Source: Candidatus Latescibacterota bacterium
GTDB lineage: Bacteria; Latescibacterota; UBA2968; UBA8231
DNA length: 64,000 nucleotides
Direction of reading: 5' to 3'
NCBI GenBank assembly: GCA_965243025.1
Contig: CBDETY010000003.1
Span: 2,400,001 to 2,464,000, forward strand
The position numbers were made by a program, and so were the translations under genes. Below the pieces are notes generated by a model. It searched no databases. It worked only from the letters and a program-made list of their open reading frames with translations, and was not told the DNA's origin. Shown here in pieces: positions 62,715 to 64,000 of this stretch. The number at the start of each line of letters is the position of its first letter. Within the stretch, counting starts at the first letter, position 1.

Positions 62715-63995
62715 CTACCGATCCTGGGCCGGGAGCTGGCCGTCGGACTTCTCGGCGATGACCGAGGCCAGGTCGACTCCGGTTGTCGCCTTGATGCTCT
62801 CGAACAGCGCCGGCGCCAGCGCCCCGATCTGGTTGACGACCGCGGGCAGACCGCTCTGGCTGCCGTTGCCGGAATCGACGACGGCGAGGTGGTCGATCTT
62901 GATGTCCTTGGCCATGGCCGTGATCTGCTCGACCAGGTTGGGGAGCATCTGGATCAGCAGGAGCTCCTTGCCGTTGGGCCCGGCGATGTTCCAGATGTCG
63001 TTTTTCTGCTTGAGCACCTCGATCTCGGCGAGTCCGTTTTCGAGGATGTCGGCCGCGGCCCCCTTGGCCCGCAGCTCCGCGGCGTCGCGGTCGGCGCGCG
63101 CCGGCTCGATGACCTCGATCTCCAGCTGGCGCTTCTGCAGGGCCAGCCGCTCCTGCTCGACCTCCTGCTCGGCCTGAACCTCGGCCTTGCGGGCGACCTG
63201 TGCGGCGCGCTTCTCCGCGGCCAGGCCCTCCCCTTCCAGGTCGGCCTTGCGGACCCTGAGCAGGTTCTGCGCATCGACGATCTCGACCTGGGCCTCGGCG
63301 TCGGCGACCTCGCCGCGGCGGCGGGCATCGGCGGATTTCTCCTGCGATTCGGCGCGGTTTTCCGCCTCGGCGATCTCGGCTTCCTTGAGGACGGCGGCGG
63401 TGCTCTTGCGGCCGATGGCGTCGAGATAGCCGACCTCGTCCGAGACGTTCTGGATCTTCAGCGTGTCGAGAACCAGCCCGAGCTTCTGAAGATCGACGTC
63501 GGCCTCGCCGATGAGCGATTCGGCGAACTTCAGGCGGTCCTCGTTGACTTCCTCCGGGGTCAGGGTGGCCAGGACCCCGCGCAGGTTGCCCTCGAGGTTG
63601 TCCTTGGCAATCTCCTGTACCTCGGCGAGGTCTTTGCCCAGAAAGCGCTCCAGCGCGTTTCCGAGCAGGGGCTCGTCGCCGGCGATCTTGATGTTGGCGA
63701 TCCCCTGGACCGAAAGCGGAATGCCCCCCTTGGAGTAGGCGTTGGTGATCGAGACTTCGAGGGGAATCGTGCGCAGGTCGAGGCGGTCGACCTTTTCGAG
63801 AAGGGGGATGCGGAAGGCTCGTCCCCCCTTTATCACGCGGTAGCCGACGTCGCGGCCGTCGGAGGTCCGCCGCTTGCGGCCCGAGAAGATGATCACCTCG
63901 TTGGGCTGACAGATGAAGAGATTCGTCGTGATGATGGCGATCAGCACGACGAGCAGCGCCGAAAAAACCAGGGCGAAGGTCAGGATCATTCCCAT
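62715..63995 (-). CDS. Flotillin/SPFH-domain protein
   Basis: PNEVIIFSGR, GGRAFRIP, ANIKI, LEGNLRGVLATLTPEEVNEDR, IQNVSDEVGYL, Ala/Glu-rich coiled coil. Confidence 0.93.
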   Translation of the reverse strand: MGMILTFALVFSALLVVLIAIITTNLFICQPNEVIIFSGRKRRTSDGRDVGYRVIKGGRAFRIPLLEKVDRLDLRTIPLEVSITNAYSKGGIPLSVQGIANIKIAGDEPLLGNALERFLGKDLAEVQEIAKDNLEGNLRGVLATLTPEEVNEDRLKFAESLIGEADVDLQKLGLVLDTLKIQNVSDEVGYLDAIGRKSTAAVLKEAEIAEAENRAESQEKSADARRRGEVADAEAQVEIVDAQNLLRVRKADLEGEGLAAEKRAAQVARKAEVQAEQEVEQERLALQKRQLEIEVIEPARADRDAAELRAKGAAADILENGLAEIEVLKQKNDIWNIAGPNGKELLLIQMLPNLVEQITAMAKDIKIDHLAVVDSGNGSQSGLPAVVNQIGALAPALFESIKATTGVDLASVIAEKSDGQLPAQDR

Positions 63996-64000
63996 CTCGC

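Noticed and set aside
1-64000. CRISPR array or cas genes associated with the WYL regulator
   Set aside because: No repeat-spacer array in any intergenic region and no Cas motifs; all tandem repeats seen are in-frame protein repeats.

Overview
GC-rich bacterial window with about 41 genes and no rRNA, tRNA, CRISPR array, transposase or integrase that I can see. The gene content suggests a marine-sponge symbiont of the Latescibacterota/Gemmatimonadota/Poribacteria type (inference): dockerin-like plus FlgD/T9SS-type C-terminal modules, many eukaryote-like repeat proteins, PhyH dioxygenases and a sulfatase. Layout: (i) 1-3416: a partial atypical kinase-like gene, an NTT/TLC (ATP/ADP translocase-like) transporter and MscS; (ii) 3970-4956: a WYL regulator preceded by two GGACA-N5-TGTCC boxes; (iii) about 5.1-38 kb: a co-oriented run of large modular secreted proteins (CARDB, YWTD, WD40, LRR, metzincin, GLUG, collagen, five-repeat propellers), four of which end in an exactly 480-bp shared 3' cassette. 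Inside this run sits a six-gene operon: dead-trypsin-FHA, MotB-like TM-vWA, MotA/TolQ, FHA, PP2C and Ser/Thr kinase-ankyrin; (iv) 40.1-44.0 kb: ppk2, an Omp85/TamA barrel and a secreted HipA/PI4K-like atypical kinase (paralog of the gene at the left edge); (v) 44-64 kb: housekeeping and catabolic genes (sulfatase, typA, higA plus a higB remnant, SDR, enolase-family, GH95-like, binding proteins, PhyH x2, 3-hydroxyacyl-CoA dehydrogenase, class III aminotransferase, NfeD-flotillin). The two best candidates for undescribed systems are (A) an extracytoplasmic phosphorylation module (secreted atypical kinase + Omp85 barrel + ATP/ADP translocase + PPK2) and (B) an ion-driven MotA/MotB-like motor with a vWA head wired to an FHA/kinase/phosphatase circuit. 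All calls come from motif reading by eye; no database searches were run.
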